The notes below the pieces were generated by a model. That model had not been told where the DNA came from, ran no database searches, and was given only the letters and a program-made list of their open reading frames with translations. A program made the translations under genes and the position numbers. Shown here one piece after another: positions 9,928-19,591 of a stretch of 64,000 nucleotides of DNA; position 1 is the stretch's first letter, and every line of letters starts with the position of its first letter. This DNA is from a virus. The stretch spans positions 1 to 64,000 of the IMG/VR virus record IMGVR_UViG_3300022890_000014; one strand, given 5' to 3'.

Positions 9928-10185
9928 ATGCCTATTTCTGTAAAGGATAGTGTTATGGTATTCGGAAGTGGTGGAGTATTCGATAATGGATCGGGAAGTA
10001 GTCAGTCTGGAGGATTGGTTGGGGCTGCCAGTAGCGATAATTGGCAACTGAAAGACGATGCTGGAGGGTTGGCCCTAGGAGTCTTCAGCGAACTGCTAAA
10101 GAAGGCAGCGCCCAAAAAGAAGGCAGCGCCCAAAAAGAAGGCAGCGCCCAAAAAAAAGACCGCCCCTAAAAAGGTCAAGAAGTAA
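9928..10185 (+). CDS. Small protein with Lys/Ala/Pro-rich histone-H1-like tail
   Basis: C-terminus KKAAPKKKAAPKKKAAPKKKTAPKKVKK; downstream of a + promoter motif; start uncertain. Confidence 0.55.
   Translation: MPISVKDSVMVFGSGGVFDNGSGSSQSGGLVGAASSDNWQLKDDAGGLALGVFSELLKKAAPKKKAAPKKKAAPKKKTAPKKVKK
10099..10170 (+). repeat. 18-bp tandem repeat (AAGAAGGCAGCGCCCAAA) x3 plus one degenerate copy
   Basis: Directly visible; encodes KKAAPK units. Confidence 0.9.
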
Positions 10186-10379
10186 CTGAGTAAGTATATT
10201 ATTGAGGTGTTAGCATTTCTAGTATTGGCTGCAATAAAGGAGGAAACGGATAGTGCTGTTTCTTCAAAGCACGAAGAAGCAGCGATGAGATGGAATGTTT
10301 GGCAACACCTCATATAGAGTGAACACTGTGTTCGCTGAAGACAATGCGTAAGGCTTACGCAAGCGCGTTGTTTTCTTTA

Positions 10380-10922
10380 TCATACAAAAAGATTTCTTAT
10401 TGCACTTTCTGCTTCTGCGAGACTAGGTGGAGCACTAGCATAGCTATCATTCAATATACTCTTAAGACCACCTGATAGACTCTCGTTTGTCTTAACAGCG
10501 TCCGACGCTTTTGCAGTAGCCTTAGCCACTTCTTCTGCTCCTACTAGTCCTCTTGCCATATACCGTCCTAGCGCAGCGCCACCAACAAGACCAGCAGCGC
10601 CACCTAGTAGTGCATTCCTCATCTGATCCTCCTCATCTATTATATACCCTCCACCCATACCAAGTGTTGCACCAAGTATAGCAGGGGCACCAACAGCCAA
10701 TAGTGTGTCAGAAAAATGAGAAGAAACCTTACTCATAGATGATATAGATGGCATTCTGTTTCCGTCGCTAACATTCATGTTTGGCGCTCTGTTTATTTGA
10801 TTTGCCTGTGTGCCACCAGAGTTGTTAAGAGATATGCTGTAACTAGGCTTAGGTATTCCTTTCGGACTCTTTACCTTTGGCATCTCTGGTGAACCAGGTG
10901 ATATAATGGTATTGAGATTCAT
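10380..10922 (-). CDS. Glycine-zipper membrane protein
   Basis: GxxxG helices (ILGATLGMGGG; ALLGGAAGLVGGAALG). Confidence 0.7.
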   Translation of the reverse strand: MNLNTIISPGSPEMPKVKSPKGIPKPSYSISLNNSGGTQANQINRAPNMNVSDGNRMPSISSMSKVSSHFSDTLLAVGAPAILGATLGMGGGYIIDEEDQMRNALLGGAAGLVGGAALGRYMARGLVGAEEVAKATAKASDAVKTNESLSGGLKSILNDSYASAPPSLAEAESAIRNLFV

Positions 10923-11221
10923 TAGTCCACCATGCTTTCTTCGTGAGAAGGAATATCTTCATTATCGAACTCATCAACTGACTCGACAATTGATCTTTCC
11001 TTCATGCTTCTTCTTAGGGTTCTCATAAACCTTACTGGACATATAGATGGAACGTAAGAGCTAGCATTCTCAGTGTCAGCTTCAGAGAATATGTCTGCAA
11101 CCTGACTAGACATCTCGGTGCTACTAGAGCCATCTTCATCTGTAATAGTAGCCACGTTACTTGCTATTATATATTGCCCTGTGCCAAGGTCTACGGTCCC
11201 CCTTGCTCTTCTGTGAAACAT
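10922..11221 (-). CDS. Hypothetical protein
   Basis: Stop/start overlap with the next gene; AGGAG SD. Confidence 0.7.
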   Translation of the reverse strand: MFHRRARGTVDLGTGQYIIASNVATITDEDGSSSTEMSSQVADIFSEADTENASSYVPSICPVRFMRTLRRSMKERSIVESVDEFDNEDIPSHEESMVD

Positions 11222-11230
11222 AGCTTTCTC

Positions 11231-11653
11231 CTATTGGACCCCGTATCCTGCTACAGCAGGAGCAGCTAAGACGCCACCGACCATTGCAGCTATACCCTTG
11301 CCACTTTGCAGTTTTTGTATTGCACTAAATGGAACTTTCCCTGACTCAACTAGTGAAACAAGCTCCTTGGCAGGATTAGATGACTTTAATCCATACTCTT
11401 TAATAGCCCTGCCTAAAGCTGGCACAGATATAGCACCAGCCGCAGCACCTCCAGCCATTCCAGTAAGGCCACCAGCAACCAAGCCTTTCTTGAATCCTTT
11501 CCAGCCTTGCCCTTTGTCAGCAACTAAAGCACCAGTTGCCCCACCAATGCCACCACCGAGAAGACCGCCAGCAACCGCACTGCCAGCTATGGCACGACCA
11601 GCAAACCCAGTCTTTGTCATACCTTGATATATTCCTTCATATATTTCATCCAT
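11231..11653 (-). CDS. Glycine-zipper protein with GMTKx leader
   Basis: N-terminus MDEIYEGIYQGMTKTG; GxxxG repeats. Confidence 0.8.
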   Translation of the reverse strand: MDEIYEGIYQGMTKTGFAGRAIAGSAVAGGLLGGGIGGATGALVADKGQGWKGFKKGLVAGGLTGMAGGAAAGAISVPALGRAIKEYGLKSSNPAKELVSLVESGKVPFSAIQKLQSGKGIAAMVGGVLAAPAVAGYGVQ

Positions 11654-11695
11654 AGATAGATCTCCATAGTTGTATTAAAATAAAACATTGATATA

Positions 11696-11766
11696 ATTAT
11701 ACCACACGATAGTTGCTGCGTAAGGCTTACGCAGAGCAATACTAAGTGGGTATAAGACTGATAGAG
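11696..11766. promoter_or_regulatory. Divergent promoter pair with a palindrome between them
   Basis: TGTGGTATAAT (-, 11696-11706), palindrome 11717-11733, GGTATAAG-ACTGA-TAGAG (+, 11749-11766). Confidence 0.65.
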
Positions 11767-11801
11767 AAGATAAACTTATTTTTTATACAGGAGATAGTAA
11801 A

Positions 11802-11954
11802 ATGGGAAATCTAGTGATAATAGCAACCGCATTCATGCGTGGAAGTTTCAAGGAAGGTGTCGAAGTGACTATTACTGTAATGGAAAGAGGGAAGTGGGGT
11901 AAATACACAGAGAGGGTGAATAAGCTTGGAAGGAGGCTTAGCGCCTTACTATAG
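11802..11954 (+). CDS. Small hypothetical protein (50 aa), below the ORF-track cutoff
   Basis: AGGAG SD and its own + promoter motif; MGNLVIIATAFMRG... Confidence 0.45.
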   Translation: MGNLVIIATAFMRGSFKEGVEVTITVMERGKWGKYTERVNKLGRRLSALL

Positions 11955-12846
11955 CTTTGAAAATACCCTTGGCTATGTCTCCGAGACCTTTTGCCCGATG
12001 CAATCCTTTGCCTGCCATTTCTTGAGCAGCACTGGGCGACGAGGACATAAGACCCTCAAGTAGCGTAGCCGCTTCACGTTCACCTATTCCGTGGGTATTT
12101 TTTAGAACTTGCAGTGCTTTGTTCTTTATACCTTTTCCGAATGACTTAGACGTTCTGAACTCTTTATTATTAATTAAGTGTCCAGAGTCTATTGTTGGCA
12201 TAGCTATATGTCCAGATCCAGATATAGCCATAGGTTTTAATGACGCAGGGGCTTTTTCTGCCATCCTTGCTACAGTATTAGCTTTTCCATCTATAGCTCC
12301 AGCAAGTGCCTGCTGGTGTGCTAATAAAGCTCTTTCCTGATGAGGAATTATATCTTGAAGGGTATGTGATGTTTCACCTATATGACCAAGAGCTTGTGTG
12401 TATAGTCTCTGTTGTGCTTTTGGAGCTTTTTCTATAGCTGCTCTTGCCAAAAGGTCTGCTGCATTAGTCCTTCCAGCTTTCATGACATCTCTTATTCCTT
12501 CTTTGGTTCCAGGGAATGCATGTCTTTTCTGTGCAATAGGACTGAGCGGATTCCTTGAGACTCCATCTAGAACATTTGTACCTAAAGATGACACTCCTCC
12601 TAGTATATTAGAGCCAAGCCTGTTCATTTTTCCTGGCTTCGCTGCAAGGCTCTGTGATTTCTCGTACAGTACACCACTTCCTTTTCGTCCGTCTGCTATA
12701 TCAGCACCGTACTCAGTTAGTATATTTCTACCTCTATTTGAAACTCCTAGGCCATCTGAAACACTTTGCATTAATCCAGTGTGACCTTCTTTGCCATAAG
12801 CAGTCTTTGTCATGCCGTATAAAATCCCAGCGTATAAATCATTCAT
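11938..12846 (-). CDS. Hypothetical protein with GMTKTA leader
   Basis: MNDLYAGILYGMTKTAY. Internal LGHIGETSHTLQDIIPH is reminiscent of the Zn-binding helix of the phospholipase C/P1 nuclease fold (weak). Confidence 0.75.
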   Translation of the reverse strand: MNDLYAGILYGMTKTAYGKEGHTGLMQSVSDGLGVSNRGRNILTEYGADIADGRKGSGVLYEKSQSLAAKPGKMNRLGSNILGGVSSLGTNVLDGVSRNPLSPIAQKRHAFPGTKEGIRDVMKAGRTNAADLLARAAIEKAPKAQQRLYTQALGHIGETSHTLQDIIPHQERALLAHQQALAGAIDGKANTVARMAEKAPASLKPMAISGSGHIAMPTIDSGHLINNKEFRTSKSFGKGIKNKALQVLKNTHGIGEREAATLLEGLMSSSPSAAQEMAGKGLHRAKGLGDIAKGIFKAIVRR

Positions 12847-12850
12847 GTCA

Positions 12851-13336
12851 TTAAACACCAATCATTATATCTGCCATATCCTGAACAGAACCTTTGTTTT
12901 TAAATCGTGGGTCGGCATCCATTCTGTCTAGTCTTTCGGAGATATAGCTGTCAGGTCTAGAATTCATTTCTCCTAGCCTTCCAACTTCTCTGTCTGCCAT
13001 GTTACCACCCATATGTCTGCCGCCAAGTGCTCCACCGAGAGTGCCGAGAGCGCCTCCTATAGCCATCGGAAGTCCGTGTCCACCTTTCATCTTGAACAAG
13101 TTCTTAGCCAAGCCACCAACTCCAGCACCAAGAATACCACCACCAACCCCACCAAGACCAGTGCTAACAGCGCGTGTACGTCTCTTGAATTCCTCTGGAT
13201 CTATATCCCCATAGTAGTCTCGTAGCTCTCCGACTCTATCCTCAGTCGGACTATTGCTACCACCTGGAAGTACATGGAATGGGAAGTCAGAGGCAGATTT
13301 TGTCATTCCTATGTATATACCTTCGTATACACTCAT
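12851..13336 (-). CDS. Glycine-zipper protein with GMTKSA leader
   Basis: MSVYEGIYIGMTKSAS; GLGGVGGGILGAGVGG and IGGALGTLGGALGG. Confidence 0.8.
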   Translation of the reverse strand: MSVYEGIYIGMTKSASDFPFHVLPGGSNSPTEDRVGELRDYYGDIDPEEFKRRTRAVSTGLGGVGGGILGAGVGGLAKNLFKMKGGHGLPMAIGGALGTLGGALGGRHMGGNMADREVGRLGEMNSRPDSYISERLDRMDADPRFKNKGSVQDMADIMIGV

Positions 13337-13357
13337 AATACATCCTTTGCGTAAGGC

Positions 13358-14872
13358 TTACGCACTTGAAGATACAACGTTTCTCATGTCTCTATTGAGT
13401 CTATTCTTCTCTTCTGAAATACCATTTACCCATTCATCTATTCCTACTTCTTTCCCAGCTATAAATTCTAACAACCCATTTCTAGACTTAGGTTCTGAGT
13501 AATAATTTTTAACTATAAGCTTTCTATCTTCTTCTTTTCGGTTACTTTGACCACCGAGTCTTCTTCCTCTAGCAATAGCTTGATTATTCCTCTCTGGATT
13601 ATAGTGCCTATCCATAGTCATAAACATTGTGGTATCAGGAAGATTAACACCCTCTCCTCCTGCTGGAGTAAGAAGTATAACTTTATCTTTACCGCTATTG
13701 AATCTCTTTACAGCTTCATCTCTATTTTCTTTTGTAGCCCCAAGAGATCCATGACCAGCAAAGATTCCATGATTAATACCCCTATCTTTTAGTCCAGCAT
13801 CCAGAACGTCAGCACCACCTCTGACAAAATTGGTATGAATTGCAACCTGTCCGTCCGGTGTCTTGCCTAGATATTCTTCAAGATCATCTAGCATCTTAGA
13901 TACTTTAGGGGTTTCTTTGGCTCCCTCAGTAAGATCTACATCGCTGTAGAATGGTTCTATAGAATTTGATGCTTGACGAGCCTGTGTAATTATAGAGAAT
14001 ATATGTGAAGCTTCTTTTTGATTGACAGGAAGTCCGTTTCTTATCTTTCTTCTAGTTACTGGATCTAGTCTGCCAAGAGCAAAACTGTATGCTTTGCTTT
14101 GCTTTTTGCTCATTGGAACATACACATTCTCTTCTTCAAGTGCTGGCATTCCACCACCCATATCAGAATGAGTTACATAGTGTATCTTTCCTTTTATCTT
14201 ATCAGCCAAAACCGATTCATTTTTAAGCTTAACTTTTGATACATTTGGTTTCAAGAAACCACTGCTCCTAACTTCTCTTTTTGTGTGCTTCTTCCCGAAT
14301 GTACTTTGACTTCCGAAAGAATGCTCTGGAGAAACTATATCTAAAAGTGGAACTATATCTCTTGGGTGATTTGATATGAATGATCCAGTAACACCAATAA
14401 CATTGTCTACGTTTTCAGATGCATACCTCATAGACTTATTGGTTACAGACTGTGGATCTTTAGCTCTGTGTATTTCGTCTACAATAAGTGTATCAAACTC
14501 ATTGTCTGTCATAACAGATTCTGGATCTCTTCTAAACATTTCCATTGACATCAGACTGTAATCTTTATTCTCACCAACATCACCATAGGTACTATTGGTG
14601 AATTTCTTTATACCATTGTCTCTGAAATTAGTAAGAAGGGATGCAGGCATCAATACTAGTGCTTTCTTAGCTTTCTTCTGCTTTTTAAGCTCTTCAAATC
14701 CAGCTATAGAAGATAACGTCTTCCCTGTTCCTGTATCATGAGCTAGTAAGGCTCTTCCGTTATTCTCTAATATAAAGTCAAGAGCATCCTTCTGGTGTTC
14801 TTTTAACTCTATTGAAGACTTTAGTTTCGATGTCTTTGTCATTCCAGCGAGTATTCCTTGATAAATACTCAT
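13358..14872 (-). CDS. SNF2-like superfamily-2 helicase/ATPase with GMTKTS leader
   Basis: Q motif LKEHQ, Walker A HDTGTGKT, DEIH, VTGS, GGEGVNL, QAIARGRR. Stop codon supplied by the palindrome. Confidence 0.9.
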   Translation of the reverse strand: MSIYQGILAGMTKTSKLKSSIELKEHQKDALDFILENNGRALLAHDTGTGKTLSSIAGFEELKKQKKAKKALVLMPASLLTNFRDNGIKKFTNSTYGDVGENKDYSLMSMEMFRRDPESVMTDNEFDTLIVDEIHRAKDPQSVTNKSMRYASENVDNVIGVTGSFISNHPRDIVPLLDIVSPEHSFGSQSTFGKKHTKREVRSSGFLKPNVSKVKLKNESVLADKIKGKIHYVTHSDMGGGMPALEEENVYVPMSKKQSKAYSFALGRLDPVTRRKIRNGLPVNQKEASHIFSIITQARQASNSIEPFYSDVDLTEGAKETPKVSKMLDDLEEYLGKTPDGQVAIHTNFVRGGADVLDAGLKDRGINHGIFAGHGSLGATKENRDEAVKRFNSGKDKVILLTPAGGEGVNLPDTTMFMTMDRHYNPERNNQAIARGRRLGGQSNRKEEDRKLIVKNYYSEPKSRNGLLEFIAGKEVGIDEWVNGISEEKNRLNRDMRNVVSSSA

Positions 14873-14933
14873 GATATATCCTTTGCGTAAGGCTTACGCA
14901 TCCATCTGAATACGTAAGCCTTACGGTTACTAA

Positions 14934-16877
14934 CTAAGCATTCATGCCTTGTCTTGTTGCTTGTCTTTGCTCTGGAAGTGGAGACATATCAATTCCTTGC
15001 TGCTGAGGCATACCAACTTGCTGCTCTTGTGCGCTTATCGGCATTCCGTTCTGAGCTTGGGACTGCATTACTCCAGGATCAACACCCATAGCACCTGGGG
15101 TCATTCCTGGTTGCATTCCACCAGAGATTTCGTCCATTCTTAGTTCAATGAGTCTTACTAAGTTCGGACTTCTATCTCTAAGAATCTCAAGCATTTGCAT
15201 GCCAATTTCTTGACCCGATCTTCTAATGGTTCTGATGACGGAAGAAACCATATCATCGACGTTAGGATCTCTGTTCCCTTGTCGCCTCATGGCATACTCA
15301 AGGCTTGTCTTGGCCTTACTGTAAATAGCGTCCTTGGTAGAGTTCTCAATCTGAACTTGCATTGCATGCTGTGCGCTACCTTGATACTTAGCACCTAGCA
15401 CCATTTGACGGCCACTTATCTTAGCTTCGACTTCCATAGCCTTTTCTTTATACTTGGAACGAGCTTCTTCTTCAAGTGCTCTCTGCTTCATTTCAGTTTC
15501 CCAGTTCCATCCCCATTGATGTAAGAGGGCCTTAGCAGATAACATTCCCATTCCGTATAGCTGTATAGCTATTTGTTTCTGTTGTGGATCATCAGCCATC
15601 TTGAAGTCGGAGAACTTCACTTCTACAACTGGTATACCAAGATAAGGAGATAGTCTATCCATTACCCATCGAATCATATCTATTACTTGGTCTCTCCAGT
15701 TAAGGAAAGCATTCTCAAGCATTCTAAGACTAACGGAACTACCAGACCAGTTAAGGCCACCAAATACAAACTCAATCGGCGCACCCATTCCACCAGCGAT
15801 CTCTTTCTGTGCCTGATCGATCTCAGGAGTTAACAGAAGTGCTTTTGCATCTCCACCAACTCTCTGAACACCAAGAGGGCTGGACATAATAGCCTTGTGG
15901 TTTATGTCATTTCTATGTCTCTTTAGCTGCTCTGCTACATCACTTCTCCAACTCTTCAGCCCTATTTGCTTAATAGGATTGAATGTAGAAGTTGCCTGCG
16001 GATAGAATATGTCAAGAGGATTAGCTCTATCAACAGCTATAGCTTCTTGGGATTTGTTAAGAATTGTAGCGTAGTGTATCTTTTTATACACAGCCATTGG
16101 AACTGGCTTGCCCCAAGCCTCATCACCATCAGAAAGTCCCATAGTCTTCATGTGGTACATATTGTCATTGTCTATAACAACGAACCTATGCTTCTTCATG
16201 GCCTCTATGTATATGACTGGGATGCCTGCTATCTGATGCTTGTAGCCTTGGTTTATCTTACTTCTATACGAGTCAGGAACTCTATAGAAATATCTTGTCT
16301 TCTCTGGCATTTCTTTAGAGAATGATATAAATACATCCTCTACATCCCAAGAAAGAAGACTGACTCTCTCTCGATCATTAACTGCCATATCGACTGCTGT
16401 ATGTACGTGTCTTGTGTCACATTTATCACAGAAGCAGTAGAAGTTAGGATATTTGAAATCCCAATATGATGCCTGATCTTCCCATGTCTCATTGAAACAC
16501 GATGAGCATATAAACTTTCTTCGTGTTGGGAATCTTACAGACATAAGATGGTTTCCCATAGCGAAGTTGTTTAGTCCAGCATGTATACTGTACGACTTTA
16601 TTTTTAGGTTATCTTCCAGTATCCTTTTCCATGTCTTGCATAGCTTCTGGTTCTTGTCGCTAAACATGATGTCTGTAATAGCATACTGGGAGAACTTTCT
16701 TATAATAGCGGATACGATACTATGCCCGTAAAAAAACCTTTTAGCAGTAGAGAACAGTTCTCTTGCGCTTTGTGGGTGATATGTCGAGGCAATATCCAGA
16801 TAAGGATTTGAATATTTTATGTACGGATTATTTGAAGTACCCGTAAAAGAACCTGCTGTGGTTGTTATTGCAGACAT
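14934..16877 (-). CDS. Probable portal protein with Zn-ribbon insertion
   Basis: Portal-like segments (AWGKPV, IAGGMGAPIEFVFGGLNWSGSSVSLRMLEN, EVKFSDFKMADD); CxxC..CxxC insert; low-complexity Q/G/M tail. Confidence 0.65.
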   Translation of the reverse strand: MSAITTTAGSFTGTSNNPYIKYSNPYLDIASTYHPQSARELFSTAKRFFYGHSIVSAIIRKFSQYAITDIMFSDKNQKLCKTWKRILEDNLKIKSYSIHAGLNNFAMGNHLMSVRFPTRRKFICSSCFNETWEDQASYWDFKYPNFYCFCDKCDTRHVHTAVDMAVNDRERVSLLSWDVEDVFISFSKEMPEKTRYFYRVPDSYRSKINQGYKHQIAGIPVIYIEAMKKHRFVVIDNDNMYHMKTMGLSDGDEAWGKPVPMAVYKKIHYATILNKSQEAIAVDRANPLDIFYPQATSTFNPIKQIGLKSWRSDVAEQLKRHRNDINHKAIMSSPLGVQRVGGDAKALLLTPEIDQAQKEIAGGMGAPIEFVFGGLNWSGSSVSLRMLENAFLNWRDQVIDMIRWVMDRLSPYLGIPVVEVKFSDFKMADDPQQKQIAIQLYGMGMLSAKALLHQWGWNWETEMKQRALEEEARSKYKEKAMEVEAKISGRQMVLGAKYQGSAQHAMQVQIENSTKDAIYSKAKTSLEYAMRRQGNRDPNVDDMVSSVIRTIRRSGQEIGMQMLEILRDRSPNLVRLIELRMDEISGGMQPGMTPGAMGVDPGVMQSQAQNGMPISAQEQQVGMPQQQGIDMSPLPEQRQATRQGMNA

Positions 16878-16901
16878 GTATAAATCCTAAATGCGTAAGG
16901 C

Positions 16902-17600
16902 TTACGCAGTAAATAGTCCTATGTTTCTGACCTGCCTCAGTCCCTTTAGAACTCTGTTCTTACACCACAGCTTACCGGCTTCCATCTTCAAGACTTGGGT
17001 AGACACAGCATCAGTGCTAGGTAGATCTAATATTTCCTGCTTCTTCTCTTCGTTGTTCCAAGCTTCTAAAACTTTCCTGTTAAGTTCAACAGCGTTGGAG
17101 TCAGAGGGTGAAAGCTCAATCATTTTATCATTTATCATGTGACCATTCAAGTTGTCCCCTACAGGACAAGCAACGAAACCCTGATCTATAAGGCAACATG
17201 CTATGTAAGTAATCACTTGCTCACTTATCCCGACTCCGATGCTCTCTGCAATATTATAAATATCCTCGAAGACATTCAGGGTGTACCATATCTCACCTAG
17301 GCTAGGTTTCTGCAATACGCCAAAGTCGTGAGCTATTCCAGCAAACGCCTGAGTTGTATCACCGAATATGTCTGCCTCAACCCAGGGAACAAAATGAGTA
17401 TCTTCCTCTAGTGCCTGATTCATACAGGCGGCAGTAGCGAAGATAGCACTCCATCTGTTGTCTGGAAGTGGCTCACCTATTTCTTGTCGGAATGTTTCAG
17501 GCTCCCACTCATACCACTTGCCTTCAAGATACTTATTGAACAGAGCTTTTATATAGATAGGAGTTGGATCTGATATAGACATTATCTCTTGTACGCTCAT
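16902..17600 (-). CDS. Hypothetical protein (head module)
   Basis: 232 aa, coupled to the upstream gene; stop supplied by the palindrome. Confidence 0.75.
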   Translation of the reverse strand: MSVQEIMSISDPTPIYIKALFNKYLEGKWYEWEPETFRQEIGEPLPDNRWSAIFATAACMNQALEEDTHFVPWVEADIFGDTTQAFAGIAHDFGVLQKPSLGEIWYTLNVFEDIYNIAESIGVGISEQVITYIACCLIDQGFVACPVGDNLNGHMINDKMIELSPSDSNAVELNRKVLEAWNNEEKKQEILDLPSTDAVSTQVLKMEAGKLWCKNRVLKGLRQVRNIGLFTA

Positions 17601-18601
17601 GTTACATCTAATCCTGCGACTGGGGTTGTTTGGTTTGATTTCAGGAAGTCAATAGGTCTAAGGTATTTTCTAGCCTTACCTTTTCTGAAGTCTAGCTTAT
17701 CGTATACAAAACCAAGAATACCTGTGCATATTGAAGACTTAGGTTTTTTTACTATTTCTTCTCTAATTCCACCACCACCAAGAGCGGCAAGATATAAGTT
17801 TCTATCAGAATAAGGAATACCCACAAGAGTTTTTGCTGTATTAACAGCCTTCTCTCTTTCTTTCTGTTTCACATCTGGCCTAACAGCGAGCATATCTTTA
17901 TTTAGCTTTGCCATGCTGTTTACCGAATGTATCCTGACCTTCTTTTTGCTGCCAGGTACATACTGTCCAAATGACTTTATTCCCTCGTAGGAATGAAGCA
18001 TCTTTCCTTCGCCAACATAGATGCCAGCGTGGGTCCATTTTGAGCCAGTAGTTATCTTACTAAGTGTATTCCAGATCTTTTCGCCTACACCAGCCTTACT
18101 CTCATTAGCACTAGTGAGAATTATGTCACCTGGCTCTAAGTGTTCAAGAAACTTCTTTGTTTTCTTCTCTACAGTTAGATCCATATCTCTTAGTTCTGCA
18201 AGACTGGCAGTCTTTTGCGACTCTTTCCAGTGAGGCTCAAGCACTACGTTTGCCCAGTCACCTCTGAATGGAACAGCCCTATCATCTATATAGTGGTCTG
18301 CTATTACTTTTCCTGAAGAGTTAGGAGGCTGGTCTGGACTTTCGTTTATGTAATCATACGGAAGGTCGTGAGCCTCCATATATCTAGCCATACCTTCTTT
18401 ATCGCCTCTCACAGAGAAGACTATGATTCTATAGCCTTGTGCCCGTAGGCTATCTAAGCCTTCTTTTGCACCTTCAGTAAGAGGTCCGTATCCACCTTCA
18501 CCAGGATTTATCTGTATGGTATCATCAAAGTCAACAGCAACGGTCTTTTGCCGTGCCGCAGTCTTGGTCATGCCAAGGAAGATTCCATCATAGATGCTCA
18601 T
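17597..18601 (-). CDS. Two-domain protein: HAD-like phosphatase plus permuted papain-like (YiiX/YaeF-type) amidase, with GMTKTA leader
   Basis: VAVDFDDTI...IVFSVR...KVIADHYIDDRA (HAD); linker SQKTAS; PGDIIL..HAGIYVG..GIPY..ICTG (His before Cys). Confidence 0.8.
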   Translation of the reverse strand: MSIYDGIFLGMTKTAARQKTVAVDFDDTIQINPGEGGYGPLTEGAKEGLDSLRAQGYRIIVFSVRGDKEGMARYMEAHDLPYDYINESPDQPPNSSGKVIADHYIDDRAVPFRGDWANVVLEPHWKESQKTASLAELRDMDLTVEKKTKKFLEHLEPGDIILTSANESKAGVGEKIWNTLSKITTGSKWTHAGIYVGEGKMLHSYEGIKSFGQYVPGSKKKVRIHSVNSMAKLNKDMLAVRPDVKQKEREKAVNTAKTLVGIPYSDRNLYLAALGGGGIREEIVKKPKSSICTGILGFVYDKLDFRKGKARKYLRPIDFLKSNQTTPVAGLDVT

Positions 18602-18611
18602 GATATGCTTC

Positions 18612-19076
18612 CTAGTCTGATAAAAGTTTGTATAGTCCGACGCCAGTTAGCCCAGCCATTCCAGCTAGACCGATGTTTCTGGCTATGTTTTTGGATCTAG
18701 TCAATTTTGCCATGTCGTCTGTTAGATTCTCAGCTAAAAGCTTTGCTTCCATAGCTTCGTTTGCAGCAACACCAGGAGCGCCAGTTGCATATAATTGAAT
18801 CGGATTTCTTTTCTTCAACTGGTCACTAAATATACCCTTGGCTTTTTCTCCAAGATTCATAATCTTGTCATCGCTTCCTACTATTGCTCTATCTAGGGAT
18901 TTTCCTAATTGACCTTGCCTTCCTGCGTCATAAGACCAGCCACCAAGTCCAGCGCCAGCGGTTACAGCAGATGCTAATCCCAGTAGGTTCTCTGGTAAGT
19001 CTTCAGCAGGAGGAAGATTATTAACTATGTTAGCAGTCTTGGTCATGCCAAGGAAGATACCTGTATATATGTTCAT
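18612..19076 (-). CDS. Membrane-associated protein with GMTKTA leader
   Basis: MNIYTGIFLGMTKTAN; Gly-rich hydrophobic segments. Confidence 0.75.
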   Translation of the reverse strand: MNIYTGIFLGMTKTANIVNNLPPAEDLPENLLGLASAVTAGAGLGGWSYDAGRQGQLGKSLDRAIVGSDDKIMNLGEKAKGIFSDQLKKRNPIQLYATGAPGVAANEAMEAKLLAENLTDDMAKLTRSKNIARNIGLAGMAGLTGVGLYKLLSD

Positions 19077-19591
19077 TTTATTTTTTCCTTTAGATTTCTT
19101 AGTGCTTCGGACTCAAGCATACTAAGGTCAGAGAACTCACCACCAGACTTACCATATCGCTCTTGTCTTTTTATTGCTGTATCGATATTGATCCATTTTC
19201 CGTTCTTGAACTGATCTCCTTCGACACCAAAAAGGGAGTCATCTTTTTTATCGAATCTTCCTGCCCTAAAATACTGCTTATTGCCAGTAAAGTTTCTTCC
19301 CTTTTTCTTTGCTTTAGCTATCATTTCTTTAGACCACCTAATGTTTGAGGAGTCCACTCCGACTCCGTGGACATCTTTTAGTCTAAGTCCTGCCTCTTCT
19401 AATACTTCCATTCTAGCAGCTTGATTTATAGAGTTGTTGTTATCAACTCCACCGCCAGGGAATCTAAGTGTGTCTCTGTAGGGGCTTTCCTCTGCAAAGA
19501 CCTGTCCTTTATCATTGTACACAAAAACACCAACTCTTCTGCGAAGCTTGGCAGATTTTGTCATGCCAAGAAAGATGCCTTGATAAATCAT
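19073..19591 (-). CDS. Nudix hydrolase with GMTKSA leader
   Basis: Nudix-box variant FPGGGVDNNNSINQAARMEVLEEAGL. Confidence 0.85.
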   Translation of the reverse strand: MIYQGIFLGMTKSAKLRRRVGVFVYNDKGQVFAEESPYRDTLRFPGGGVDNNNSINQAARMEVLEEAGLRLKDVHGVGVDSSNIRWSKEMIAKAKKKGRNFTGNKQYFRAGRFDKKDDSLFGVEGDQFKNGKWINIDTAIKRQERYGKSGGEFSDLSMLESEALRNLKEKIK

